From assembly GCA_036337945.1 (NCBI GenBank), contig JAYZDF010000004.1, positions 1 through 64,000 on the forward strand: a stretch of 64,000 nucleotides of DNA, read 5' to 3'. The position numbers and the translations under genes were made by a program. The stretch comes from Myxococcota bacterium (GTDB lineage: Bacteria > Myxococcota > Kuafuiibacteriia > Kuafuiibacteriales > Kuafuiibacteriaceae). The stretch's first letter is position 1. Each line of letters opens with the position of its first letter. Shown here in pieces: positions 28,944-39,178 of the stretch. Under the pieces are notes generated by a model. The model did no database searches and had not been told where the DNA came from. It saw only the letters and a program-made list of their open reading frames with translations.

Positions 28944-29822
28944 CTACTCCATAACCGGATTCGTCTCGGTCGAAGGTGTTGCGAGTTCAGTATTTTCTTT
29001 TTGAGCCCGTATCGCCTGCCTCTCTTCACTACGCTTTCGAAAGAAAATAATTTCTTCAATCACACCGTCAGCAATGTAAATGCCAAACAAATATACAAGC
29101 GCTGTTGCTGGTTGCAGTTTGGCTGAGAGAGCCGCGAAGAATAAGATCACAACAACCGCAATAATGATGGACCTCGGGTTCGGCCGTACGCTTTTGAATG
29201 CGCGGTACCTAACGTTTGAGATCATCAACAACGAAAGACTATTGGTGATGAAGCAAACACCCTTAATTCCGCCGATAATCGGTGTTGTAAAAGGGTAGTT
29301 GGCGAGCACAATGGCAACGACTGCTCCGGCTGCGAGCGGAATGGGCAAGCCTAGAAAATCTTTCGTAGAGCCGCTTGGCGCGTCGGCGGCCATGACATTA
29401 AAGCGCGCAAGCCGAATGGTTCCGGCAGCCAAGAACATGAATGCGATCACCATTCCGCCGATTTCTAGCTCATGAAGTGACCACCGATAAAGTAAGAGAG
29501 CTGGTGCGCACCCGAAAGTGATGACGTCAGCGAGAGAATCGAGTTGAACACCAAAATCACTTTGTGTTTTCGTTAGGCGAGCGACTCGTCCGTCGGCCAT
29601 GTCGAAGAACATTCCGAAGATGATTGCAAGAGCAGCCTGATAAAGAAAAACTGGTTCACTCGAGTGAGAAGAAAGATGAATACTGTAAAAGCCGCAGAAA
29701 ATATTCGAGAGCGTAAACAGGTTAGGCAGGACAAACATCGCCTTACGAAGACTGATTCGTCTCCGTTTGGTCCGCCTCGAACGCTTTCTGCGTTTTTTCT
29801 TGGTGCCTTTTTCTTCAGCCAC
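28944..29822 (-). CDS. pssA: CDP-diacylglycerol--serine O-phosphatidyltransferase (CDP-alcohol phosphatidyltransferase family)
   Basis: CDP-OH_P_transf motif DMADGRVARL...GVQLDSLADVITFG; multiple TM. Confidence 0.85.
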   Translation of the reverse strand: MAEEKGTKKKRRKRSRRTKRRRISLRKAMFVLPNLFTLSNIFCGFYSIHLSSHSSEPVFLYQAALAIIFGMFFDMADGRVARLTKTQSDFGVQLDSLADVITFGCAPALLLYRWSLHELEIGGMVIAFMFLAAGTIRLARFNVMAADAPSGSTKDFLGLPIPLAAGAVVAIVLANYPFTTPIIGGIKGVCFITNSLSLLMISNVRYRAFKSVRPNPRSIIIAVVVILFFAALSAKLQPATALVYLFGIYIADGVIEEIIFFRKRSEERQAIRAQKENTELATPSTETNPVME

Positions 29823-29859
29823 TTACAATTCCCATTCTAACACGCCTGTCATGAAGCTA

Positions 29860-31170
29860 CTATTTTAGTGCGGACAGGGCTTTCGAAAGATTTTCAATCA
29901 CTTGATGACAGTCGCTTTCAGAAACAGTGCCTACACTGACTCGAAACCAGCCTTCTCCTCGGTCTTTGAGGCCGAAGCAGAAAAACGGAATTAGCCCCAT
30001 TTTTGCGTCAGTGAGCAGGTAACTTCTAATATCTTCGTCGGATTTTAGAGTAACTCCGCCTGGTGTTGTTTTACCTTGTACGCCTATCCGAATCGACAAA
30101 TAGATTGCTCCTTCGGGCGCAATTGCTTCGACGTTGTGACCGTTTGCTTGGAGCCCATTTATACCGTCCGCAAGAATTCTGAGTCGTGCAAGCACTTCAT
30201 GACTCATATTTCTTCTATAGCTGTCAATGGCCTCGGTGTCCGCGAGCAGTTTCGAAGTTGCAACTTGTTCAGGTCTTGGTGCCCATGCACCAATGTGTGT
30301 GAGTATCGCAGCCATTTTTGAAATGACATCTGTCGGTCCAACGGCCCAACCAACTCGCAAGCCTGTGGCGGCAAAGCCTTTTGAAATACCGTCGACGAAA
30401 ATTGTATACGCAGCCATTTCGGGAACGAGTTCCACAGGAGTAACATGCTCTGTTTCTCCGTGGGTGAGCATCCAATAGACCTGGTCGTACATGAGATAAA
30501 GAGCTCGCTCATTATTCTCTTTTCGGCGTTTGTTTTCGCTAACAATTGCCTCACTGAGACGCTTTAGCTCGGAGGTAGAAACAACAGTACCGGTTGGATT
30601 TAGTGGAGAATTGAGACAGATTAGTCGAGCTGTTGAAAGGTGCGGCTCGATGTCTTCAATTCGCGGAAAGAATTTGTTTTCTGGTGTCGTCGCAATTTCA
30701 ATTGCGGTTCCGCCAACAAAGGTGGTGTAGTGGTTATTATTCCATGATGGTAACGGGTAGACGACGTTTTCACCCTTGTTTACGAGCGATAGGTACGTTC
30801 CGGCAATCATCGGTCTTGCGCCGCCTGCAATAAGAACGGACTCCAATGGATAATCCAACCCGAGGCGGTCTGCAAAAAGCTTACGAACTGCTTCCCGACA
30901 TTCCAAAACGCCAGCCGCTGGTGGATAGTTCGTGTGCCCCTCGTCGAGTGCTACTTTAATGTCGTTGAGTAATCGTTCCGGAATAGGGAACTGCTGACTA
31001 GAGAAATCGCCAATCGTAAGATTTATGATTTTATGTCCTTCTCGGATCATCCCTTTTATTTGACCGGCGATTTTGAGAATCTCACTCTCTTTGAGATTTT
31101 GCGAAGTGGCAGAAATCCGAAGAGCTGGATCTTCGGAGGTGAGAAAGGGCCGAGTATCGATGGTCGTCAT
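29860..31170 (-). CDS. class I/II PLP-dependent aminotransferase
   Basis: PLP-lysine region SKGFAATGLRVGWAVGP, overall AAT-fold pattern. Confidence 0.8.
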   Translation of the reverse strand: MTTIDTRPFLTSEDPALRISATSQNLKESEILKIAGQIKGMIREGHKIINLTIGDFSSQQFPIPERLLNDIKVALDEGHTNYPPAAGVLECREAVRKLFADRLGLDYPLESVLIAGGARPMIAGTYLSLVNKGENVVYPLPSWNNNHYTTFVGGTAIEIATTPENKFFPRIEDIEPHLSTARLICLNSPLNPTGTVVSTSELKRLSEAIVSENKRRKENNERALYLMYDQVYWMLTHGETEHVTPVELVPEMAAYTIFVDGISKGFAATGLRVGWAVGPTDVISKMAAILTHIGAWAPRPEQVATSKLLADTEAIDSYRRNMSHEVLARLRILADGINGLQANGHNVEAIAPEGAIYLSIRIGVQGKTTPGGVTLKSDEDIRSYLLTDAKMGLIPFFCFGLKDRGEGWFRVSVGTVSESDCHQVIENLSKALSALK

Positions 31171-31184
31171 TTAGAGATTCTCCT

Positions 31185-31445
31185 TTATTTGGCAAGGCCA
31201 CATGCTTGCAGGTCCTCTGCGCTTTTGTCTTCAAGTCTCGCGCAAGTACAGGTGTCTAATCTTTGTTCGCAAACTTCAGACTCTTCTGTTGATAAACTGA
31301 TATTGCTTGATGCTGCGATCGAATCCTCGCAAGAAAGTTGCAGAGCGCGATTGGGTTCACAAGCGCAAATTTGCTTCGCAAGCGCGGTGCAAGCATCGTC
31401 GCATCCGGCCGAAAAATTGAGCACTCCCAAAAAGAGTGTAGTCAT
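31185..31445 (-). CDS. small Cys-rich lipoprotein
   Basis: Start MTTLFLGVLNFSAGC (lipobox), 8 Cys in ~65 mature residues. Confidence 0.45.
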   Translation of the reverse strand: MTTLFLGVLNFSAGCDDACTALAKQICACEPNRALQLSCEDSIAASSNISLSTEESEVCEQRLDTCTCARLEDKSAEDLQACGLAK

Positions 31446-31455
31446 CAGTGCGCGT

Positions 31456-31854
31456 TTAACGAGGAGTGCAGACGGACGTAGATTGTCCGACGTCGGTACA
31501 CATGTAGGCCGAACGGCAATCGTCGTTTGTTTCACAAACTCTAAGACAAAATGCATCGATGTTAACATTTTCGAACGAAATCCCCCTAACGCAGCGGGAG
31601 CCGAGTGGACAAGAACCAAGCGTGCAACTGAGTTCAGTACAGTAGCCATCGGGCCACTCGTTGATGCAGGCTGCCCGATTGGGTATTCCATTACACTCTG
31701 TATAGGTTATACAGGTATCCCCGATATCGGCCCGACTTAGATCCGTTCCACAGCTGCTAGATATTCCGTCCAAAGTTAGTAAAAATGCTAGGAAAAACAA
31801 TGCTTTGAAGTATTTGACTCGGCCGTATGACTCGCGGGCAAATATCCATTTCAA
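31456..31854 (-). CDS. Cys-rich secreted protein
   Basis: Hydrophobic N-terminus, 16 Cys, 10 nt upstream of second Cys-rich gene. Confidence 0.45.
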   Translation of the reverse strand: MKWIFARESYGRVKYFKALFFLAFLLTLDGISSSCGTDLSRADIGDTCITYTECNGIPNRAACINEWPDGYCTELSCTLGSCPLGSRCVRGISFENVNIDAFCLRVCETNDDCRSAYMCTDVGQSTSVCTPR

Positions 31855-31883
31855 AGCTGAATCTCTAAACTTTTTTTAAGGGT

Positions 31884-32888
31884 TTAAACGACTTTGAGTC
31901 GGTTTCGGGATCGAGCGTGCTCAAAGGCACGTCGCACTGAGACTGAAACCATTTCGCGTCTGTAGCTTGGGTCTGATGCGATATTTGTTAAGGGTTTGCA
32001 TCTTTTTTGGGCGGCGTCTGCCAGCGCTTTGATGGTCTTATCATCGAGCTTTTGGTTTTCGTAGATGCCTGCGATCCGCCCGATGTGAATCGGTTTAGGT
32101 CCAAGAGCTGTCACGCATATATCGGCTCGAAGAATAGTTCGATCTGTGTCCAGCTCTGCCAACACGGCGACGCCTAGCTCAGGATAATCGATGGCCGCTC
32201 GGGTTCGAAGTTTTTGGTAGGCCATGATGGTGTTCGGCTTAGGCTTGGGAATTGAGATTTCGGTGAGAAGCTCGTTTCGTTCTCTTCGCTGATTAAATTC
32301 TCCATCATTCCGATAAAAATCATCGATGGACACGACGCGTTCGCCTTCAATTGATACAAGCCTTAGGCTTGCGCCGAGGCTCATCAATACAGGGCCACTG
32401 TCATTGCTCGCCGCCGCGACACACCGTGTTCCGCCTTTTACAACATGACAAACCGTTCCGTCTTTTTTGGCGCAGAAACCAAGAGCTTGTCGCCAAAAGT
32501 ACGTCTGGTTGATGTAGACACATCGGGTATCTAGGCAGACATTGCCGCCTATAGTCCCCATGCGCCGTAATTGGGGGCCGGCAATTTGTCGGCAGGCCTC
32601 ACTCAAAGAGGGACAATGTTCTGCAATTACTGGATCATTTCCCAGGTCGTGCACGGTTGTCATGGCCCCAATTCGAATGCTGTCTTCTGTTTCAGTGACG
32701 CCGGATATCCCAGGAATTTTCCATAGACCAATCACGACTTCGGGGGTTTCGAACTCGTGCTTCATGTTGGGCATCAGGTCTGTACCGCCAGCCATCAGCC
32801 GAGCCGTATTTCCGTGCTGGTTTAGCAGTTCGATGGTTTCTTCGACCGATTCTGGTTCAGCAAGCTCAAATTTGGGTAAACGTAGCAA
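31884..32888 (-). CDS. FAD-binding subunit of xanthine dehydrogenase/CO dehydrogenase family (CoxM-like)
   Basis: N-terminal FAD_binding_5 pattern (ARLMAGGTDLMPNMK...), CO-DH flavoprotein C-terminal domain; no Mo or FeS subunit adjacent. Confidence 0.7.
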   Translation of the reverse strand: MLRLPKFELAEPESVEETIELLNQHGNTARLMAGGTDLMPNMKHEFETPEVVIGLWKIPGISGVTETEDSIRIGAMTTVHDLGNDPVIAEHCPSLSEACRQIAGPQLRRMGTIGGNVCLDTRCVYINQTYFWRQALGFCAKKDGTVCHVVKGGTRCVAAASNDSGPVLMSLGASLRLVSIEGERVVSIDDFYRNDGEFNQRRERNELLTEISIPKPKPNTIMAYQKLRTRAAIDYPELGVAVLAELDTDRTILRADICVTALGPKPIHIGRIAGIYENQKLDDKTIKALADAAQKRCKPLTNIASDPSYRREMVSVSVRRAFEHARSRNRLKVV

Positions 32889-32974
32889 ACCTGCCCTATG
32901 GGAGCCTAACCATGGTGGTTAGGTCAAGTATTACCTCGTCAGTTTCTGTCTGGTTGTAGTATGTAACCTACACA

Positions 32975-33157
32975 ATGACGACGGAACCCTCACAGCCCCA
33001 GCCGGATGAAGAAGAAATCGATTACGGACCTTATGGCCCCCGAGGCAAGGATACCCCTCCGATGGCTTCGATGTTCCGTGGTTACGCAATTATTCTCACC
33101 GGACTCGTGATTTTACCGTTCCTCTTATTCATGATTATCCGCTTTGTGATTCTATAA
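32975..33157 (+). CDS. small membrane protein (60 aa)
   Basis: Acidic/Pro-rich N-terminus plus one TM; sits in 300-nt intergenic gap. Confidence 0.3.
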   Translation: MTTEPSQPQPDEEEIDYGPYGPRGKDTPPMASMFRGYAIILTGLVILPFLLFMIIRFVIL

Positions 33158-33193
33158 AACGACACAGAACTGCGGTAAGTAGGTCGTATTCCT

Positions 33194-34027
33194 ATGCGCA
33201 TACACCATCTGAACTGCGGAAGCTTTTGTCCTCATGCTTCCCGACTGACTACGGGGAAGGGCGGCCTCTTTTCAAAAGGACTAATGGTTTGTCACTGTGT
33301 TCTTTTAGAAACCGATCGGGATGGTTTGATTCTAATTGATACTGGCATTGGCACGCACGATTGTACGCAAGCAAATAAGTGGCCCGTCGGCATGCGATCG
33401 GTTTCCCGCCCTCGTCTAGATTTGAACGAGACCGCTGCTTATCAGCTCAAGAATCTAGGCTTTGCCGCTAGCGACGTCCGACATATCATTGTGACTCATT
33501 TAGACCTCGATCATGCGGGTGGTCTCGCCGATTTCCCTGATGCGGTGGTTCACGTTCATGCGACAGAACAAGCTCGAGCAATGAACCCTAAAACGGCCAT
33601 CGAACGGCGAAGATATCTGTCTTCCCAGTGGTCCCACCGTCCCAGCTGGGAAACGTATAGTGAATTTGGTGATACTTGGTTCGGTCTGCAAGCGGTTCAT
33701 CAACTGCGGAGTGTCAGCTGCGACCTCGCTTTGGTCCCCTTAGTTGGTCACACCGAAGGGCATACAGGAATCGCCATCCAAGGTAATAATGGTTGGATGA
33801 TACACGCTGGCGATGCCTATTTTCACAAAGGTCAAATTGAGCAACCTCCCTCGTGTCCAAAATTACTTGAGCTCTTTCAAAAGTCGATCGCCACAAACGA
33901 CCAAATGCGTCGAGAAAACCTTGCTCGTCTCCGCCAACTCAATAGCGAAGAGTCTGACAATGTTCAGATTTTTTGCGCCCATGACCCCGATGAATTTTTC
34001 CGTCTAAGCCAGAGAAGCGCCTCATGA
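33194..34027 (+). CDS. MBL-fold metallo-hydrolase
   Basis: HxHxDH motif (THLDLDHAGG), downstream His/Asp ligands. Confidence 0.8.
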   Translation: MRIHHLNCGSFCPHASRLTTGKGGLFSKGLMVCHCVLLETDRDGLILIDTGIGTHDCTQANKWPVGMRSVSRPRLDLNETAAYQLKNLGFAASDVRHIIVTHLDLDHAGGLADFPDAVVHVHATEQARAMNPKTAIERRRYLSSQWSHRPSWETYSEFGDTWFGLQAVHQLRSVSCDLALVPLVGHTEGHTGIAIQGNNGWMIHAGDAYFHKGQIEQPPSCPKLLELFQKSIATNDQMRRENLARLRQLNSEESDNVQIFCAHDPDEFFRLSQRSAS

Positions 34028-34869
34028 ATATTGATGAACTTGAAAGCGTGTTTAAGTCGGCAGTTAAGTCCCGATTTGAATACCAAGATATTTCACTGCA
34101 AAAAGTACTGCTCGTCGACGACCTTGAAACTGACGACGCAGGAGCCTATATCGATAAAATAAACGCGGCACTTGGTCATGTACACGATAATTTTCAAATT
34201 GAAAGATTGTATTTTGGACCTCAAGAAACGATGGCACAATTATTAAATGCCATCGACAACCATGACCCAGACCTAATCTGTACCTACCGCAATTTAAATT
34301 CTTCGGCTTGGGAGTTCGGATTTAGTCTAGGGGAGCATTTGGAAGTTTTGACACAAGCGACTTCCAGGCCGGTTCTTGTTCTTCCCCATCCTGAGCCCTT
34401 AGGAGAAGAGACGTTATCGATAGCGACACAAGTTATGGTCGTGACTGATCACCTCACTGGCGATAACCGACTCATTAATTATGCATTGTCCTTCACGCCC
34501 AAAGACGGTCGAATTATTCTCTCTCATGTAGAAGACGAGGTTTGGTTGAATCGGTTTCTTGATTGTGTTTCAAAAATCCCAGCGATCGACACGGACCTTG
34601 CACGGAGTACAATCATTCAGCAGATCACAAAAGAGCCGAATGATTTCATCAAATCAGTACAAGAATCGTTAGCCTCAAATAGGCCAAGCACATTGGTGGA
34701 ATCTAATGTCGGCATAGGTAGTGAGCTAAATCTGTACGCTGATTGGCTCAAAAAACATAAGATTGATCTTGCGGTCGTAAACACCAAAGATGAACATCAA
34801 ATGGCAATCAGTGGTTTTGCGCATGCGTTCGCCATTGAGTTTCGGCATATCCCAACCTTGTTGTTGTAG
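34024..34869 (+). CDS. tandem universal-stress-protein-like (USP) domain protein
   Basis: Two halves each with USP-like beta-alpha pattern, C-terminus GFAHAFAIEFRHIPTLLL; weak. Confidence 0.4.
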   Translation: MNIDELESVFKSAVKSRFEYQDISLQKVLLVDDLETDDAGAYIDKINAALGHVHDNFQIERLYFGPQETMAQLLNAIDNHDPDLICTYRNLNSSAWEFGFSLGEHLEVLTQATSRPVLVLPHPEPLGEETLSIATQVMVVTDHLTGDNRLINYALSFTPKDGRIILSHVEDEVWLNRFLDCVSKIPAIDTDLARSTIIQQITKEPNDFIKSVQESLASNRPSTLVESNVGIGSELNLYADWLKKHKIDLAVVNTKDEHQMAISGFAHAFAIEFRHIPTLLL

Positions 34870-34881
34870 GGGTGTAAAGCG

Positions 34882-36297
34882 ATGAATATTTCAGCACTTT
34901 CTAATCTTTTTATAGGTGCCACGAACGGCGGGCACCACGAAGTTTCTTCATCCGTAACTTTTACATTTGCGGGAATTCTTTGCGCAATGATCATTACTTT
35001 AGCTCTCGAGGAAAAGCTGCACGCTAAAAAATCTGTCATCGTTGGTGTGTACGCAATAATTTGCCTTTTTGCCGGAGCGGCATTGGGTCTTCTTCCTTTT
35101 GGTCCCGTTGTCAACGTCTTCGATGAAAAGCTAAATCTTCCAGTATATATCCCCGCCGTTGATTGGAGTGTCATCGCAATCATTATGGGCTCCGCTTTGT
35201 TCGTCGACATTACATCAAAATCCGGCCTGTTTTCCTGGATTGCAATCAAGTTGACGAAGACATCCGGTGGAGATCCCTTTTTATTACTTATCTACTATGG
35301 ACTCATGACCGTTATTTTTTCGGCTGTTTTAAACAATGTCACTGCTATGATTATAGTTGGTTCCTTGACCGCTGTGTCGCTCAAAAAGCTTGAGCGAAGT
35401 GAAAAGCTTCTCGGGTTCTTATTGATTGAAGGCCTTCTCACGAATATTGGTGGTTTGCTGACGCTCATTAGTTCGGTACCAAATATTATTGTAGGTACTT
35501 CTGCGGGAATCAGTTTTGGAAGATTTTTTGTCGTTGCAAGTCCTTACGTCGTTGTTGCTACCGCCGTGACCTTGTTTATGGGGGCAAAATTGTTCAAAAT
35601 TGAACGTTTGCAAGGAGATGAAGAAAGGGCTGCGGCTAAAAATCAGGTGGAGAGCTTTGATGAAAATGATGGTATTGAAAGTCCTGGTTTTTTTTGGTTC
35701 TCAGCGGCCGTTTTTCTACTTTTCATAATTACAATTGCAACGACCTCCATTCTGCCCGTTTTGAAAGACCTGGGTATGGGATTTGTTGCCTTGGCTTTTG
35801 CTGGCATCATGCTCATTCGCGTGAAGTCCACCGCAGACAAAGTTTATGCAAAAGTTGATTGGGATTTACTCGCGTTTTTTGTGACTCTTTTTGTTGTGAT
35901 CAATGTGATGGAACATGCGCAAGTTCTTGCGCTTATAGGAAAAGGTCTAGAGGAGGTCATCGCGCTTGGAGATCTTTGGGGTTCGGCCGCTATGCTTGTC
36001 GCTTCAGCGGTATTCAGTTCGGTGACAGATAACATCCCTCTTGCAGCAATGCTTGCGAAGATTCTCTCGAGTCTGCAGACGGATGCGACGTCGCCGATGT
36101 GGTGGTCCGTAATTTTCGGAGCAAACCTCGGCGGAAACATCACCCCAATTGGCTCTGCCTCGACTCTTGTTGCTGTTACGATTATCCATAAATACAACTT
36201 ACCCATGAGTTTCGGAGGCTTTGTGAAGGCCGCCGTACCCTATGCCGCGATTCAGATCACACTTGCTGTTTTCTACGTTGCTATATTTTTGGCCTAA
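34882..36297 (+). CDS. ArsB/NhaD-superfamily anion permease
   Basis: ~12 TM, internal duplication, typical CitMHS/ArsB hairpin motifs. Confidence 0.7.
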   Translation: MNISALSNLFIGATNGGHHEVSSSVTFTFAGILCAMIITLALEEKLHAKKSVIVGVYAIICLFAGAALGLLPFGPVVNVFDEKLNLPVYIPAVDWSVIAIIMGSALFVDITSKSGLFSWIAIKLTKTSGGDPFLLLIYYGLMTVIFSAVLNNVTAMIIVGSLTAVSLKKLERSEKLLGFLLIEGLLTNIGGLLTLISSVPNIIVGTSAGISFGRFFVVASPYVVVATAVTLFMGAKLFKIERLQGDEERAAAKNQVESFDENDGIESPGFFWFSAAVFLLFIITIATTSILPVLKDLGMGFVALAFAGIMLIRVKSTADKVYAKVDWDLLAFFVTLFVVINVMEHAQVLALIGKGLEEVIALGDLWGSAAMLVASAVFSSVTDNIPLAAMLAKILSSLQTDATSPMWWSVIFGANLGGNITPIGSASTLVAVTIIHKYNLPMSFGGFVKAAVPYAAIQITLAVFYVAIFLA

Positions 36298-36300
36298 GCA

Positions 36301-37404
36301 ATGAATAAACAAATTTTCAAAATAATGTTCCTATGGACAAGTATTGGATTATCGCTAGGAACAGCTAAGCCTGTCCAGGCTCATGAAGTAGGTGTTTCCG
36401 CAGGCTATTATGATTTTAAAGCGAAGAGTCCTGTAGCTTATATCTCTATAGCTCAGGTTGACTTGCTCAGAATTTTTCCTCGCATTGATGCTGATCTGAA
36501 TGGTGACATCAGTCCGAGTGAGATTGCAGCACAGACTTCGACGTCTACCTTTGTTCGCTCTTGGAGTAGAGGAATTATTAGCACGACTGACGCTGAAGAA
36601 TGCGAAACTAAGCTTGTCTCCGCCAAGAAAGCAGATGAAGACGGTTTGTTGATTGAACTGCGGTTTTCTTGTGGAAATAGCTTTGACCAGCTGAAGCTGC
36701 GGACAGTTTTTGTGAAGAGATTCCCAGCGAACCATCGTCATCTCGTACGTGTCAACTTACCAGGCGGACTATACGAAACGACAATGGGCCCTAAAAAGAC
36801 GACCTTGCTTGTTAATTCTGCCGCTCAGACAGTAGAGAGCAATAAGACTGGGAGGTTCATTGACCTCTTTGTCTTTGGTTTGGAACATATCGTCACCGGT
36901 TACGACCATCTACTTTTTCTTTTGGGATTAATTTTAGTTGCGATGCGGTTTCGAGAGTTAGTGTTTCTCGTGACGGCCTTTACGGTCGGACACTCCATAA
37001 CCCTTGCTGTGGCAGCCCTCAATGTTTGGACTCCCAATAGCGGAATTGTTGAGACTCTAATCGCAGCCTCTATCGTTTACATCGGCGCAGAAAATATCGC
37101 CGTAAAAAAACCGAAGCATCGTTGGTATTTAACATTACTTTTTGGTCTCGTTCACGGTTTTGGTTTTGGGGGTATGTTAAAGCTTCATGGAATGAGTAGT
37201 GACCAGATGATCCTTGATCTGCTTGGTTTCAATCTTGGAGTTGAGATTGGGCAGCTCTTCTGTTTAACTGTCGCGGTACCGATATTGGCGATAATTCGTC
37301 GTAAAAATTGGTTTGAAAAGCAGGTTCTTCTCGGTGTAAACATCCTCGTCATATTTGCGGGCTTGTACTGGCTTCAGGAACGGCTACGAGGTATTTGGAG
37401 CTAA
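36301..37404 (+). CDS. HupE/UreJ-family membrane protein with N-terminal periplasmic domain
   Basis: Signal peptide; C-terminal 6-TM HupE/UreJ-like region (HGFGFGGMLKLHG, GFNLGVEIGQL). Confidence 0.65.
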   Translation: MNKQIFKIMFLWTSIGLSLGTAKPVQAHEVGVSAGYYDFKAKSPVAYISIAQVDLLRIFPRIDADLNGDISPSEIAAQTSTSTFVRSWSRGIISTTDAEECETKLVSAKKADEDGLLIELRFSCGNSFDQLKLRTVFVKRFPANHRHLVRVNLPGGLYETTMGPKKTTLLVNSAAQTVESNKTGRFIDLFVFGLEHIVTGYDHLLFLLGLILVAMRFRELVFLVTAFTVGHSITLAVAALNVWTPNSGIVETLIAASIVYIGAENIAVKKPKHRWYLTLLFGLVHGFGFGGMLKLHGMSSDQMILDLLGFNLGVEIGQLFCLTVAVPILAIIRRKNWFEKQVLLGVNILVIFAGLYWLQERLRGIWS

Positions 37405-37406
37405 GA

Positions 37407-38260
37407 TGAGTGATCAAAAAGATGTAATCGTCCGGGCATTGACTGACAATGGTGGATTTAGAGTGATCGGCGCCAGGACCACTCGTACCGTACGAGGAAT
37501 TATCGATGCTCAGAAACCTGCCGATAACGTAAGGGACACACTCGGACAAATGTCTACCTGTGCCATTCTTACCCGAGAGACTATGGCTCCGGGTCACCGA
37601 GTTCAGGCTATCCTCAAAAGCAATCAAGAGAAGGGGTCTGTCGTTGCTGATTCTCATCCCGGTGGAGTGACTCGAGGGTTGGTCTCTAAAGATACGACCC
37701 TTGAGAACCTGCTTGGTCAGACGACGACCTTGCAAGTACTTCGGACGATGCCTGGTGGCAAACTCCATCAAGGTGTTGTGTCTGTGCCTACAAATGGGGG
37801 AGTTACAGGGGCTTTTATGAGCTACATGCAGAACTCGGAGCAAGTGACCACTATGATTGCTTCAAGCTGTTACTTTGCCAATGATGAGTTGATGGTTGCT
37901 GGTGGATACTGTGTACAGGTACTACCTGAGGTAGCAAAGGAGCAACTTGAGATAATGGCCATGCGGCTAGAAGGCTTCAGTGAGCTTGAAAAGACACTTG
38001 AAACCAGTGCTGGTGACGTTGATGAAATGCTGTCTGAGATTCTCTACGGCATACCATTTACTGTGGTGGAAAGAACAGAACTTGAATTCGGTTGCACATG
38101 TAACGAGGTTCGCGTCATCGGTGCGTTAGCAACCTTAGGTCGAAAGGAAATTGAATCTATCGTCGAAGAAGGTAAGTTGATTGAAATCAACTGTGAATAT
38201 TGCCAAAAAGAATATAAGATTTCGCCCGCGAAACTCAAAGGACTCTTAGAAGGTAGCTAG
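37407..38260 (+). CDS. hslO: Hsp33 redox-regulated chaperone
   Basis: C-terminal zinc centre CTC...CEYC (FGCTCNEV...NCEYCQKEY). Confidence 0.85.
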
Positions 38261-38287
38261 ACTCGGTTTAGTGTGAGGTAGCGATTT

Positions 38288-39178
38288 GTGCTGACCAAGA
38301 TAAAGTACTTTCTTTCGCAGTCGTTCATCGGACTTCGTCGCACTTTCGGCGTAACGAGTTTGTCCGTCACTATAATAGCGATGGCCTTGAGTATACTCGC
38401 TCTTTTTTGGACTCTTCTTGCGAATCTCGAGATTCTTTCTGGGGAGATATCGCGAGAGGCAGGTATATCTGCTGATATCGATGAAACGCTCAGTTTAGCA
38501 AAACAAAGGGAGCTTACGAAAGAAATAGAAAAATGGAGTAATATCGAAAGCGCTTCTCTTGTTACCTCAACATCCGCGATGGAATGGCTTCGAAACAATT
38601 TAGGGAAAGAGGCTGATGTTCTCGATGGTCTACCTGCAGATTTACTTCCCTCTTCGATAGAAATTAATTTATCGGACTTGGCTACGAGTGATGTTCAAGC
38701 TGTAGTCAGCCGTCTGCAGAAGACAGAAGGTATTATTTCAGTCAGGTATGGATTCGAAGACGTTGAGAGGATTTCTGCGGTTCTTATATTGATTAGAACT
38801 AGTATGTATATCCTGGGATTATTTCTTTTCGTGTCTATCTTTCTGATTCTTTCTAATGCGGTGCGCTTAGCTGTCTATTCACGTCGCGACGAAATTGAAG
38901 TTATGAGTCTAATCGGTGGAACTCGTAGCTTTATAGTCACTCCTTTTGTTCTTGAAGGAGCGATTATTGGGTTTATGGGTGGGTTACTTTGCGTATCTTT
39001 TTTATTTATGTCGGAGGAGATTATGACCCAATGGTTTCAAGCCAACCTCGCCGAGGTATATGGACCCATTGAAATCCGTTTTTTGAAAGGAACTGAGTAT
39101 GTTGCGCTGGTTGTGATTGGAACAGTCAATAGCCTCCTTGGAAGCGCGTATGCTGCTGTAAGGCACGTAAAGATTTGA
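38288..39178 (+). CDS. ftsX: cell-division ABC permease-like protein FtsX
   Basis: FtsX topology: N-terminal TM, periplasmic domain, three C-terminal TM; characteristic N-terminus; no ftsE adjacent. Confidence 0.8.
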   Translation: MLTKIKYFLSQSFIGLRRTFGVTSLSVTIIAMALSILALFWTLLANLEILSGEISREAGISADIDETLSLAKQRELTKEIEKWSNIESASLVTSTSAMEWLRNNLGKEADVLDGLPADLLPSSIEINLSDLATSDVQAVVSRLQKTEGIISVRYGFEDVERISAVLILIRTSMYILGLFLFVSIFLILSNAVRLAVYSRRDEIEVMSLIGGTRSFIVTPFVLEGAIIGFMGGLLCVSFLFMSEEIMTQWFQANLAEVYGPIEIRFLKGTEYVALVVIGTVNSLLGSAYAAVRHVKI

